NCBI GenBank assembly: GCA_041576165.1
Contig: JBFGLM010000015.1
Coordinates: 25,327 to 89,326 of the forward strand
Direction of reading: 5' to 3'
Length of the DNA: 64,000 nucleotides
Source of the DNA: Acidimicrobiia bacterium
GTDB taxonomy: Bacteria > Actinomycetota > Acidimicrobiia > Spongiisociales > Spongiisociaceae
The notes beneath the pieces are model-generated. The model was not told the origin of the DNA and ran no database searches. It saw only the letters and a program-made list of their open reading frames with translations. Both the position numbers and the translations under genes were made by a program. Shown in pieces: positions 45,847 through 54,059 of this stretch (position 1 is its first letter; the number at the start of each line of letters is the position of its first letter).

Positions 45847-46674
45847 TCAACCGGCCGGCTGTACCTGATCCCGCAGCCAGGCCACGATATCGGCCGCCAC
45901 CTCGGGTCCTTCTGGCTCATTGAGCGTTTCGTGCCGCAAGTGGGGGTAGACCTTGCGGTCGACGTTGGGTAGCTGGCCTATCTCCACAGTTCCGGACGGC
46001 GGCACGATCTCGTCCTGGCCGCCGTGGATGACCAGCGTCGGCTGCCTGATCTCCGACAGGCGGCTGCCGGCCTTCTCCATCTGCTCCAAGAAGAGCATGC
46101 CGAGGTGCGGTGTCGTTCGGAAGTTGTTGAGCGGATCCGCCTGGTAGGCCTCCCCAACGGCAGGGTCACGGGAGAGCCTGTGCACATCGAACTTGTTGGG
46201 AACAGCCAGCTTCGGCATGACCTTGTTCAAGAACGTCGCCAGCGGCCGCTGCCATATGGGAGGGCTGTACGCGAGCGACGGGGAGCTCAGGACCAGGTAG
46301 TCGGGCTGGCGGTTGAGCGACCGCGCATAGGTGATTGCGATCAGCCCGCCGAACGAATGACCCATCAGCACGCTGGGCCGGCCCGAGACGAACACGGGGG
46401 TGAGATGGTCGGCTACGTCGTCGGTGTACATCGACCACGATTCCACATGCCCGCGGTCGCCCCCCGATCCGCCCATGCCGATCAGATCGAAGGCCCACAC
46501 CTCGATGCCGGCGTCAGCAAAGATGGACCCGGTTCGCTCCCAGCGGCCGCTGTGCTCGCCCATCCCGTGGATGATGAGCATGGACGCCCACGGATCAGCC
46601 GCCTCCCAGTGCCGGCTCAGCTGTGGGATGCCTCGACGGTTGGGACGGATGTCTGCGCGGCTCATCACTGGCAT
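45847..46674 (-). CDS. Lysophospholipase/monoacylglycerol lipase
   Basis: IHGMGEHSGRW, GHSFGG, LSRDP, HETLNEPE. Confidence 0.88.
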   Translation of the reverse strand: MPVMSRADIRPNRRGIPQLSRHWEAADPWASMLIIHGMGEHSGRWERTGSIFADAGIEVWAFDLIGMGGSGGDRGHVESWSMYTDDVADHLTPVFVSGRPSVLMGHSFGGLIAITYARSLNRQPDYLVLSSPSLAYSPPIWQRPLATFLNKVMPKLAVPNKFDVHRLSRDPAVGEAYQADPLNNFRTTPHLGMLFLEQMEKAGSRLSEIRQPTLVIHGGQDEIVPPSGTVEIGQLPNVDRKVYPHLRHETLNEPEGPEVAADIVAWLRDQVQPAG

Positions 46675-46717
46675 CTGGAAGCTCCTGCGTTCGGGGCGCC
46701 AGTATACGAAGGCCCGC

Positions 46718-47368
46718 TCACCCCAGCGCCCGCGCCACCGCCCCGGCATATCGATCGAGATCACCATCCGATGCACTCGCCGGCACCACGGCGCCGATCC
46801 CGCCCGCAAACTCCGGCAGATCGAGCGGGTCGCCGGCGACGATCCCCACCTCGGCCAGTGCCCCCAGCACGACGCCCGGCTCCTCCGGCTGCAGGAATGA
46901 GCACCAAGCGCCGTGCGTGTCCGACAGCGTGGTGACGCCCGCTACCTGACGCAGGCGACCGGCCAGCCGCCGCCCACCCCGTAGCGAGGGCATAGGTGCC
47001 GCCGGCCGCGCACCGGCGATGCGGATCTCGCGCAAGTCGCCGTGCGGGCCAAAGACATGTTCAATGACGATCGTCCTGTCCGGCGGCGTCCAGTCCGGGG
47101 GTGGAGCAAAGCCGGCCCGGTCGGGCGCACAGACCAGGGCGACCTCGCCGGAAATGATCGGCCGGCCTCGGACCTTGGGGAGAGGCCGGATCTCAGTACC
47201 CGTTTGCTTCGCCCACCGGTCAACAGTGGTTGCGACCCAGCCGAACCCAGCCCGGTCCGCCCACATGCGGGCCACGGGTGGGATTTGGTGCAGCGCGGCT
47301 TCTAGCTCGGCCTCTGGCGGCGTGATGGCGGATCGTTCGAGGGCGCCCCGATAACTGAAGTCGAGCAC
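46718..47368 (-). CDS. Hypothetical protein resembling a strongly shortened glycine dehydrogenase subunit GcvPA
   Basis: Directly after gcvT; C-terminal LAGRLRQVAGV..LAEVGIVAGDPL..DLDRYAGAVARAL resembles the GcvPA small domain. Confidence 0.5.
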   Translation of the reverse strand: MLDFSYRGALERSAITPPEAELEAALHQIPPVARMWADRAGFGWVATTVDRWAKQTGTEIRPLPKVRGRPIISGEVALVCAPDRAGFAPPPDWTPPDRTIVIEHVFGPHGDLREIRIAGARPAAPMPSLRGGRRLAGRLRQVAGVTTLSDTHGAWCSFLQPEEPGVVLGALAEVGIVAGDPLDLPEFAGGIGAVVPASASDGDLDRYAGAVARALG

Positions 47369-47369
47369 C

Positions 47370-48413
47370 TCAACGTTTCACGAAGGGCGGGTCGACGTGT
47401 TCAACCGCGTGCCACCGGTCGCGGATCTGGACCTCGATCTCGGTCCCCGGAGCCGGGGGCGGGGCCAGGTAGCCGAGCCCGATACCGACCCCCAGTTGTG
47501 GGCTGAAGTTCCCGCTCGTGACCGTGCCTCCGCTTGCGCCTGCTCGCAGGGCGTATCCGTGCCGGGGAACCTGGCGACCCCCCGTCTGAAAACCAACCAG
47601 CCGCTTGGCGACACCGTTGCGCCGCTGGTGGTCGAGCGCAGCGCGCCCGACGAAATCGTGGTCCCAATCGACCACCCAGCCCAGGCCGGCTTCGAGTGGC
47701 GAGGTGTGAGGGTCGAGATCTTGACCCCACAGCGGATACCCCATCTCCAGCCGCAGCGTGTCGCGAGCGCCCAGCCCGCAGGGCGTTGCCCCGGCGTCGA
47801 TCAACGCTGTCCACAGCTCGTCCGCCCCATCCACGCCCACTGCCAGCTCTGCGCCCCGCTCACCCGTATATCCGGTCCCGCCGGCCCAGACGGTGTGGCC
47901 TGACCAAGCGGTTTCGAGTAGACGGAAACGGCCGGGACGGTCACCGAGGACTCGGCCTATCAGATGCGGTGCCTCAGGGCCTTGCACCGCCAGCATCACC
48001 GTACGTTCTCGGAGCGGCGTGACCTCGACGCCGGGCTCGGCGGCGAACATCTCCTCGATCTTCTCCAGGTTCACGCCGTTGGGCAGGACGAAAACCCGAT
48101 CATCGGCCCACCGCCACACGATGATGTCGTCCTCCACCCCGGCCCGGTCATTCAACGCCATCGTGTACTGCGCCCGGCCGGAATCGATCGTGGTCACGTT
48201 ATTGCACAGGAGCCGCAGCAACGCCGAGGTCGTGCCCGGCCCGCTGAGTTCGAACCGGCCTAGGTGGGACACATCGAAGGCTCCGACAGAGCTACGCACG
48301 GCGTTGTGCTCGGCCAGCACCCCTTCGTACTGAACTGGCATCTGCCAGCCGCCAAAGTCGGTGAATCTGGCCCCGAGTTGCTCGTGGCGGGTGTGAATGG
48401 GCGAGCCCGGCAC
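47370..48413 (-). CDS. gcvT: Glycine cleavage aminomethyltransferase T
   Basis: FGGWQMPVQY, FDVSHLG, TGYTGE, GLGARDTLRLEMGYPLWG. Confidence 0.95.
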   Translation of the reverse strand: MPGSPIHTRHEQLGARFTDFGGWQMPVQYEGVLAEHNAVRSSVGAFDVSHLGRFELSGPGTTSALLRLLCNNVTTIDSGRAQYTMALNDRAGVEDDIIVWRWADDRVFVLPNGVNLEKIEEMFAAEPGVEVTPLRERTVMLAVQGPEAPHLIGRVLGDRPGRFRLLETAWSGHTVWAGGTGYTGERGAELAVGVDGADELWTALIDAGATPCGLGARDTLRLEMGYPLWGQDLDPHTSPLEAGLGWVVDWDHDFVGRAALDHQRRNGVAKRLVGFQTGGRQVPRHGYALRAGASGGTVTSGNFSPQLGVGIGLGYLAPPPAPGTEIEVQIRDRWHAVEHVDPPFVKR

Positions 48414-48415
48414 GC

Positions 48416-48856
48416 TCAGCTGGCTTTGGACGTGTCGATCCGCGTCACCTTGGGCGGCCCCGGTTTCCGGGACGGTGCGCTCACCTCATCCAGCTGATCG
48501 GGCTCTTCCAGCCCGTATTTCACGAGGAGGTTGAGGTAGTCCCGTTGATAGAAGATCTTGCAGCGGACCGCCGGATACAGCTCGGCCAGACGGCGAACCT
48601 TGCGGTTCTTCTTCGTCACGAGCTTTTGGTTCATCGTTGTGATCTCGATGAACAGGTCTTCTTCAGGGAGATAGAAGTCCGGGGTGAATCGGCGCAAGGG
48701 CTCGCCTTCGTCGTCCCATTCGATGACAAACGATGTCGGCTCGTACTCCCACTGAATGCCATAGAAGTCGAGGAGTCGGGCGAACTGCCGTTCGCTGTTG
48801 TGCGCGAAATCGGTGTGGTCCGCCGGATGGGCGTCGAACGGCTTTGCTGTGGTCAG
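48416..48856 (-). CDS. PD-(D/E)XK-like nuclease-fold protein, probable CTG start
   Basis: Frame open upstream of the track start: FAHNSERQFARLLDFYGIQWEYEP..FTPDFYLP..FIEITT; only CTG 48856 (CTGA overlap with MerR stop, GGAGG 10 nt upstream) can include it. Confidence 0.7.
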   Translation of the reverse strand: MTTAKPFDAHPADHTDFAHNSERQFARLLDFYGIQWEYEPTSFVIEWDDEGEPLRRFTPDFYLPEEDLFIEITTMNQKLVTKKNRKVRRLAELYPAVRCKIFYQRDYLNLLVKYGLEEPDQLDEVSAPSRKPGPPKVTRIDTSKAS

Positions 48857-49317
48857 TTGGCCTTGGCCTCCGCGATCGGTTCTGCTGCTTCGGCGGACTC
48901 TGGGAACAAGTCATGGAGTTCGCCCTCGAGTTCTTGCTGGACGGGGCCGACGGCTATCCCAAACACACCCTGGCCGCGGCGGAAGACATCAACCACTTCG
49001 TCCGGGCTGTGGGCGGCGTAGATCGAGTTGCCGTCGGACAGCAGCGTGACGTCGCGGAGGGGTTGGTCACTTTCTAGTGCCACCCTGAGGTTTTCGACAG
49101 CCTCGCGAATCTTCTTGAGGCTCATTCCTGCGTCCAGCAGCCGTTTGATGACCTTGAGCTGGACGACGTCGGTGAACGAGTAGAGGCGTTGCGAGCCGGA
49201 GCCGGTCGCCGATTGCAGTGACGGCATCAGGAGGTTGGTGCGCGCCCAGTAGTCGAGCTGGCGATACGTGATCCCTACCAGCCTGCACACCTGCGGTGCG
49301 CGATAGCCCCGCTCCAT
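48853..49317 (-). CDS. MerR family regulator (Rv1830-like)
   Basis: GITYRQLDYWART..GSGSQRLYSF..GQGVFGIAV. Confidence 0.93.
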   Translation of the reverse strand: MERGYRAPQVCRLVGITYRQLDYWARTNLLMPSLQSATGSGSQRLYSFTDVVQLKVIKRLLDAGMSLKKIREAVENLRVALESDQPLRDVTLLSDGNSIYAAHSPDEVVDVFRRGQGVFGIAVGPVQQELEGELHDLFPESAEAAEPIAEAKAN

Positions 49318-49471
49318 CAGGCCCGCCCTCCTCTCGCGTTGATGCCAGACCGCCGATCCAACGTGTCAGTCATGGCGCTCCCGAGCCGCTGATCGATCCC
49401 GCAATCTGGATCGGCCGATCGTAGCGCCAATGCACAGTAGCTTACACGTTCGTAATTACCGACGCGCAATC

Positions 49472-49516
49472 ACGCTACGCGCGGTCGCGCGCGTTGTCAA
49501 CAGAATCTGTGGAAAA
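49472..49516 (-). promoter_or_regulatory. Sigma70-type promoter with DnaA-box-like sites
   Basis: TTGACA(49500-49495)-N17-TAGCGT(49477-49472); TTGTCAACA (+, 49494-49502) and TTTTCCACA (-, 49508-49516). Confidence 0.6.
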
Positions 49517-49543
49517 GTCCCCGATTGGGTGGATCCGGCCAGA

Positions 49544-50038
49544 CTATTCGGCGAAGTCCTCCGGACTGAGGTCGTCGAGGAACTCGCGGAACTTGGCGAT
49601 TTCCTCTTCTTCGTCCTCGTCCTGGATCTCAATGCCGGCGTCCTCCAACACCTGGTTGGTCGCGAACAGCGGGGCCCCGGTGCGGGCCGCCAGCGCGATC
49701 GCATCCGAGGGCCTGGACGAGACGGTCACCTGCTCACCGTTCTTCCCCAGCACCAAGTCGGCGTAGTAGACGCTGTCGCGCAGCTCGGTCACCGTCACCC
49801 GGTCCACCGAAGCTCCCAGCGCTTCGGTCGTGATCTTCAACAGATCGTGAGTGAAGGGACGCTGGGGGGTCACACCCTCGAGGGCGTAGGCGATCGCGGC
49901 AGCTTCCGCCGCGCCGATCCAAATGGCCAGGTAACGGGTTCCAGCCGACTCGCGGAGCAACACCATCGGCTGGTTGGAGGGGAATTCCACCCTCACCCCG
50001 ACCAGTTCCATCGGGATTGGCTCCGTGGCATCCGTCAT
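49544..50038 (-). CDS. Bifunctional nuclease family (DUF151, Rv1829-like)
   Basis: LAIWIGAAEAAAI, RPFTHDL, SRPSDAIALA. Confidence 0.93.
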   Translation of the reverse strand: MTDATEPIPMELVGVRVEFPSNQPMVLLRESAGTRYLAIWIGAAEAAAIAYALEGVTPQRPFTHDLLKITTEALGASVDRVTVTELRDSVYYADLVLGKNGEQVTVSSRPSDAIALAARTGAPLFATNQVLEDAGIEIQDEDEEEEIAKFREFLDDLSPEDFAE

Positions 50039-50619
50039 GACTTCAGACTATCACTCGCCCAGCTGAAAGCGTTGGAGGCAAAATCCGCCACGTCGGATGT
50101 CATCGCCTCGAGGTCGAGCACGGCCCACACGGACGCGAGATTGCGGAACCAGCCTCGGTAATCCATGCCATATCCGATCAGGAACTCGTCGCCGACCTCG
50201 TAGCCTCGATACTCCAGCGGCACCTCGGCGATGCGGCGAGGCGCCTTGTCGAAGAGCGTCACCGTGGCAACGCTGCGGCACATGCGTGGTTCGATCAGGC
50301 GCAGAGCCGACGCCAGTGACAGTCCGGTGTCCACCAGGCCGTCCACCACCAGGACATCGCGACCTGTGAGCGCCGTCTCGGTGTCAGCGGCTATGCGGAC
50401 CCTCCGGCCTTCCCCGAACGGACTGAGCGCAAGAAAATCCACTTCGATCGGGATGTCGATCGCCCGCACCAGATCGGCCAGAAAGGGCAGCGACCCGTTC
50501 AGCATCCCGACCAGGACCGGCAGCCGACCCGCGTAGTCGGCCGAGATCTCCGCCCCTAACTCTCGCACGCGTCCGGCCAGCTCCTCCTCTGAGACCACCA
50601 GCGCCGCGAGGTCAGTCAT
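50035..50619 (-). CDS. hpt: Hypoxanthine phosphoribosyltransferase-like protein with divergent motifs
   Basis: ELGAEISADY, VLVVDGLVDTGLSL, FLIGYGMDY..RNL; start ATG 50619. Confidence 0.78.
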   Translation of the reverse strand: MTDLAALVVSEEELAGRVRELGAEISADYAGRLPVLVGMLNGSLPFLADLVRAIDIPIEVDFLALSPFGEGRRVRIAADTETALTGRDVLVVDGLVDTGLSLASALRLIEPRMCRSVATVTLFDKAPRRIAEVPLEYRGYEVGDEFLIGYGMDYRGWFRNLASVWAVLDLEAMTSDVADFASNAFSWASDSLKS

Positions 50620-51742
50620 TTCCCCAGAGCCAGTCCCAGTAGTTGCTGGCCCATGCAAAGGCGTCACGCAGACTGGGCAGGGGCGGCGGCTCGTCAACCT
50701 CGAGCGCCACCCGACCGAGTTCTTGTCCATCCAGCTCGGCTACCACTACCGGCGATCCGTCCTGATAGCTGGGAGTGATCGCGACGTCGGCCGCTTCCGG
50801 CCCGAGGAACAGATCGAAGGATTCGGATGCGACCGCAGCGTCGAACAACCCGGCCGATCGACGATTGGCATACACGTCCCCCACGGCCACTAGCTGCACG
50901 ACGCCGAACTCGTCGAATCCGTAGTCGAGCAACGCCATGGCGTCCGAGAAATGATCCTGCGACCCGAGCACGACGGCGTAGAGCCGGCGATCATCTCGCT
51001 CGGCGGCCGCCACCAGCGTGAGCTGCGCATCGTCGGTGAACCCGGTCTTCACGCCGATGGCACCCGGGTAGAGCTCCAGCAGTTTGTTGGTGGCGAGCGC
51101 CACCCGCTCACGGCCATCCGGATCATTGGGCATGCGGGCCGCCGGTGTTTGCACTGCCCGCGCAAAAAGCGGATCGTCCATCGCGGTCTGGGCCAGGGCC
51201 AGGAGGTCGGCCGCCGAGCTGTAATGGCCCGGCTCGTCGAGGCCGTGGGGGTTGGCGAACTGAGAATTCTCCAGGCCCAGGCGCTGCGCCTCGAGGTTCA
51301 TCATCTCGGCGAAGCCCTCAACCGAACCGCCGACGTACTCCGCGATCGCCATCGCTGCGTCGTTGGCGCTGGTCACGAGCATCGCAGTGACGAGGTCCTG
51401 GAGCAGCCACGTCTCGCCGGGCACCAGACCCACCTCGGATTCTCCGACTGCGTCCGCCGTCTCTGAAACCTCGACCAGGTCTGAGAGCGAGGCTTCTTCC
51501 AGCGCGACCAGCGCCGTCATGATCTTGGTTGTTGAGGCGATCGCTCGGCGGGCATCAGGGCGTTGGGCGGCCAGCGTTCGCCCGAAGGTGTCGTCGTAGA
51601 GCACCCAGGTCACGGCCGACACTTCCGGGGGCTCGGCCGCCAGCAGCACGTCGGGTGTGGGCGGCGGGAGCTCCTGGGCCGCCGCCGGTGCGGGCAGCAC
51701 CAGCACCAGGCCCACCAGGGCGACAAGGATGCGACGAACCAA
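50612..51742 (-). CDS. D-alanyl-D-alanine carboxypeptidase (peptidase S11)
   Basis: Signal peptide; ASTTK, SAND, NPHGLD, KTG motifs. Confidence 0.92.
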   Translation of the reverse strand: MVRRILVALVGLVLVLPAPAAAQELPPPTPDVLLAAEPPEVSAVTWVLYDDTFGRTLAAQRPDARRAIASTTKIMTALVALEEASLSDLVEVSETADAVGESEVGLVPGETWLLQDLVTAMLVTSANDAAMAIAEYVGGSVEGFAEMMNLEAQRLGLENSQFANPHGLDEPGHYSSAADLLALAQTAMDDPLFARAVQTPAARMPNDPDGRERVALATNKLLELYPGAIGVKTGFTDDAQLTLVAAAERDDRRLYAVVLGSQDHFSDAMALLDYGFDEFGVVQLVAVGDVYANRRSAGLFDAAVASESFDLFLGPEAADVAITPSYQDGSPVVVAELDGQELGRVALEVDEPPPLPSLRDAFAWASNYWDWLWGND

Positions 51743-51743
51743 A

Positions 51744-52442
51744 CTATCTGCCTTCGTCCAGCATGTGTCGGATCTCTCCGGCGACGAGAAGCGAGGAGAG
51801 CTTAGCGATGGCATCAGCGCTACCGGCCAGCGTGTCGGCCGCTTGGCGTCGCGCTTCGGGACTGCGATTGCGGCGAAGCGCCGCCGTCAACTGGCCCAGC
51901 ATCTCAGCTCGGCGCTCAGCCCCGATCCGGATCGACCGGAGATGGCGCGGTTCGAATCCGTACGCCAGGAGCCGGGTCGCCTCGCGGGCCACCGCGATGT
52001 CGTGGTTCGTGAATCTGGGCCCGCCCGGCTCGTCGATCGGCTTGAGCACGGCATCGTCGATCAACGCGCGGAGGTGCCGGCGGGGTAGGCCCGAACGGCG
52101 CAGCAACTCGTCGGCATCAACGGTGTCACCGGGTTCTTCGAGTAATTCATGCGCTTCGGGTCCCACCGGAACGACGAAGGCCGGCTCATCACCCCGATCC
52201 CACAGATTGAGCTGCGACTTGATGATCTTCAGCGGCAGATAGTGGTCACGCTGCTGCTCGAGGATGTAGCGGAGCCGCTTGACGTCGGCAGTCGTGAATT
52301 GACGATATCCGGAAGCCGACCGAGGGGGGTTGATCAGGCCCTGCGATTCGAGGAAGCGGACCTTGGACACGGTGACATCGGGGAAGTCGCCCTTGAGTAG
52401 GTTGATGACCTCGCCGATGGTCAGCGCGGCGGTTTCAACCAT
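51744..52442 (-). CDS. MerR family regulator (Rv1828/FtsR-like)
   Basis: LTIGEVINLL..DVTVSKVRFLESQGL..SGYRQF..QRDHYLPLKII, GFEPRHLR. Confidence 0.92.
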   Translation of the reverse strand: MVETAALTIGEVINLLKGDFPDVTVSKVRFLESQGLINPPRSASGYRQFTTADVKRLRYILEQQRDHYLPLKIIKSQLNLWDRGDEPAFVVPVGPEAHELLEEPGDTVDADELLRRSGLPRRHLRALIDDAVLKPIDEPGGPRFTNHDIAVAREATRLLAYGFEPRHLRSIRIGAERRAEMLGQLTAALRRNRSPEARRQAADTLAGSADAIAKLSSLLVAGEIRHMLDEGR

Positions 52443-52884
52443 CGCCTTTTGCCACGATGAGGTGGAACTTACCCACCAGCAGGCGATCACCCGGGCGGAG
52501 CGTTGCCTGCTCTACCCGCGATTCATTGACGTACGTGCCGTTGGTCGAACCGGCATCCTCCAGCGTCACGTCGGCGCCCTTGACCGTGATTCGGCAGTGA
52601 TGGCGAGATACCGTCACGTCATCCAGGAAAATGTCACTATCCGGGTGGCGGCCGATGCTGGTCACACCGGCCGGCAGGACCCAGGTCTTGCCCGTCTGCG
52701 GGCCACGCTGGACGATCAGGCCGTGGCCGCGTAGCCCGGCTATCTTGCCTGCCTGCTCCGGCGAGAGAACCGACAGGGCATCCTCGCTGACCGGGATATA
52801 GGTGACTGTGGGCTCGTGCTCGATCGCAACGTCGCCCGCCTCGTCGCCTCCTGAGTCGCCTTGCTGGTCCTCCATCGACCCCAT
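52435..52884 (-). CDS. garA: FHA domain protein (GarA/OdhI-like)
   Basis: GRHPDSDIFLDDVTVSRHH, GSTNGTYVN, GKF; conserved position after gcvH. Confidence 0.88.
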   Translation of the reverse strand: MGSMEDQQGDSGGDEAGDVAIEHEPTVTYIPVSEDALSVLSPEQAGKIAGLRGHGLIVQRGPQTGKTWVLPAGVTSIGRHPDSDIFLDDVTVSRHHCRITVKGADVTLEDAGSTNGTYVNESRVEQATLRPGDRLLVGKFHLIVAKGDG

Positions 52885-52911
52885 GGTAGCGATAGTCGGT
52901 GAAAGCGAGGG

Positions 52912-53289
52912 TTACTCGGTGAGCGCCCGGTAGGCGGCCGCGTCGAGCAGATCCGCCAACTGGCTGGTGTCGCCCTCGAGTTCGCACACCCAGCCGTCCC
53001 CGTAAGGATCGGAGTTGACCAGCTCCGGCGAGTCGGCGAGCGCCTCATTGACAGCAGTCACCGAGCCAGCGATGGGGGCATAGACGTCGCCGACCGACTT
53101 GGTCGATTCGATCTCGGCCACCCCCGCACCTTTGTCAACAGAGGCACCCACGGTGGGCAATTCGACATACACGACATCACCCAGCTGATCCTGGGCATAG
53201 TCCGTGATGCCGATCCGGACACGGCGTTCGCCTGCGTCGAGCACCCACTCGTGTTCTTCGGTGTATTTGCGATCGTCCGGCGTGTGCAT
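52912..53289 (-). CDS. gcvH: Glycine cleavage system H protein
   Basis: YTEEHEW, GITDYAQDQLGDVVYVELP, lipoyl-Lys ESTKS, NSDPYGDGW. Confidence 0.95.
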   Translation of the reverse strand: MHTPDDRKYTEEHEWVLDAGERRVRIGITDYAQDQLGDVVYVELPTVGASVDKGAGVAEIESTKSVGDVYAPIAGSVTAVNEALADSPELVNSDPYGDGWVCELEGDTSQLADLLDAAAYRALTE

Positions 53290-53309
53290 CCCGCTGCTCC
53301 CGTCTCCCA

Positions 53310-53912
53310 TCAACTCGCCCGCATGCGCGCAATGACGTCGCGACCGTAGTCGACCGTCACGATGTAATAGAGCACCAATCCAGCTACTCCTGTCACCCAG
53401 CCGACGACCCGGAAGACCTCCGTGCCTGCTTCGGCCAGATAGAACGATGGGATGGCGCCGTACACGATGAAGGTGGCGACCTTGCCCAGATACTTGACCT
53501 CGACGTTCGAGTCGAGCCGGCTTACCAGGTAGAGCGCTCCGATGGCCACGACGATTTCTCGGATCAGAAGAGGGACACCAATCAGGGCAGGCACCACCCC
53601 GGCGATCAGACCTCCGACGATCGCGGCGAGAATGGCCACCCGATCGGCGAGCGGGTCGAGGAACTTGCCAATCTCGCTGACCTGACCCAGGGCACGGGCC
53701 AATGACCCGTCGAGCCAGTCGGTGACACCGATGATCAGCATCAGCCATGCCGCTGTCACGAGGTCGTCGCGCCCCAGAAGCACCCAGAGAAACACGGGCA
53801 CTGCACCCAGGCGAGCGAGCGAAACGGCGTTGGCTATGGTCCACAACCCTGCATCGGGTATGGGCTCCGGGCCCGGACGGCCGGACGTCAACTCCTCGTC
53901 GGTCGGTCCCAA
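53310..53912 (-). CDS. CDP-alcohol phosphatidyltransferase (PgsA2-like); start approximate
   Basis: TDWLDGSLARALGQVSEIGKFLDPLADR signature. Confidence 0.9.
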   Translation of the reverse strand: MGPTDEELTSGRPGPEPIPDAGLWTIANAVSLARLGAVPVFLWVLLGRDDLVTAAWLMLIIGVTDWLDGSLARALGQVSEIGKFLDPLADRVAILAAIVGGLIAGVVPALIGVPLLIREIVVAIGALYLVSRLDSNVEVKYLGKVATFIVYGAIPSFYLAEAGTEVFRVVGWVTGVAGLVLYYIVTVDYGRDVIARMRAS

Positions 53913-54059
53913 ATTCAGGCTGCTCCCCTTTCGAGCAGGTCCCACGCTACGAGAATGACCGCCGTCTTGTCGATCGGCGGCAGTGTCACGAACGGCCGCC
54001 CACGTCACACTCCTTCAGGCCGACGGCCGACCATTGCGCTCGCCGGTTGGGACGCCGGC

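Noticed and set aside
48413-48416. Glycine riboswitch upstream of gcvT
   Set aside because: Only 2 nt separate gcvT from the upstream gene
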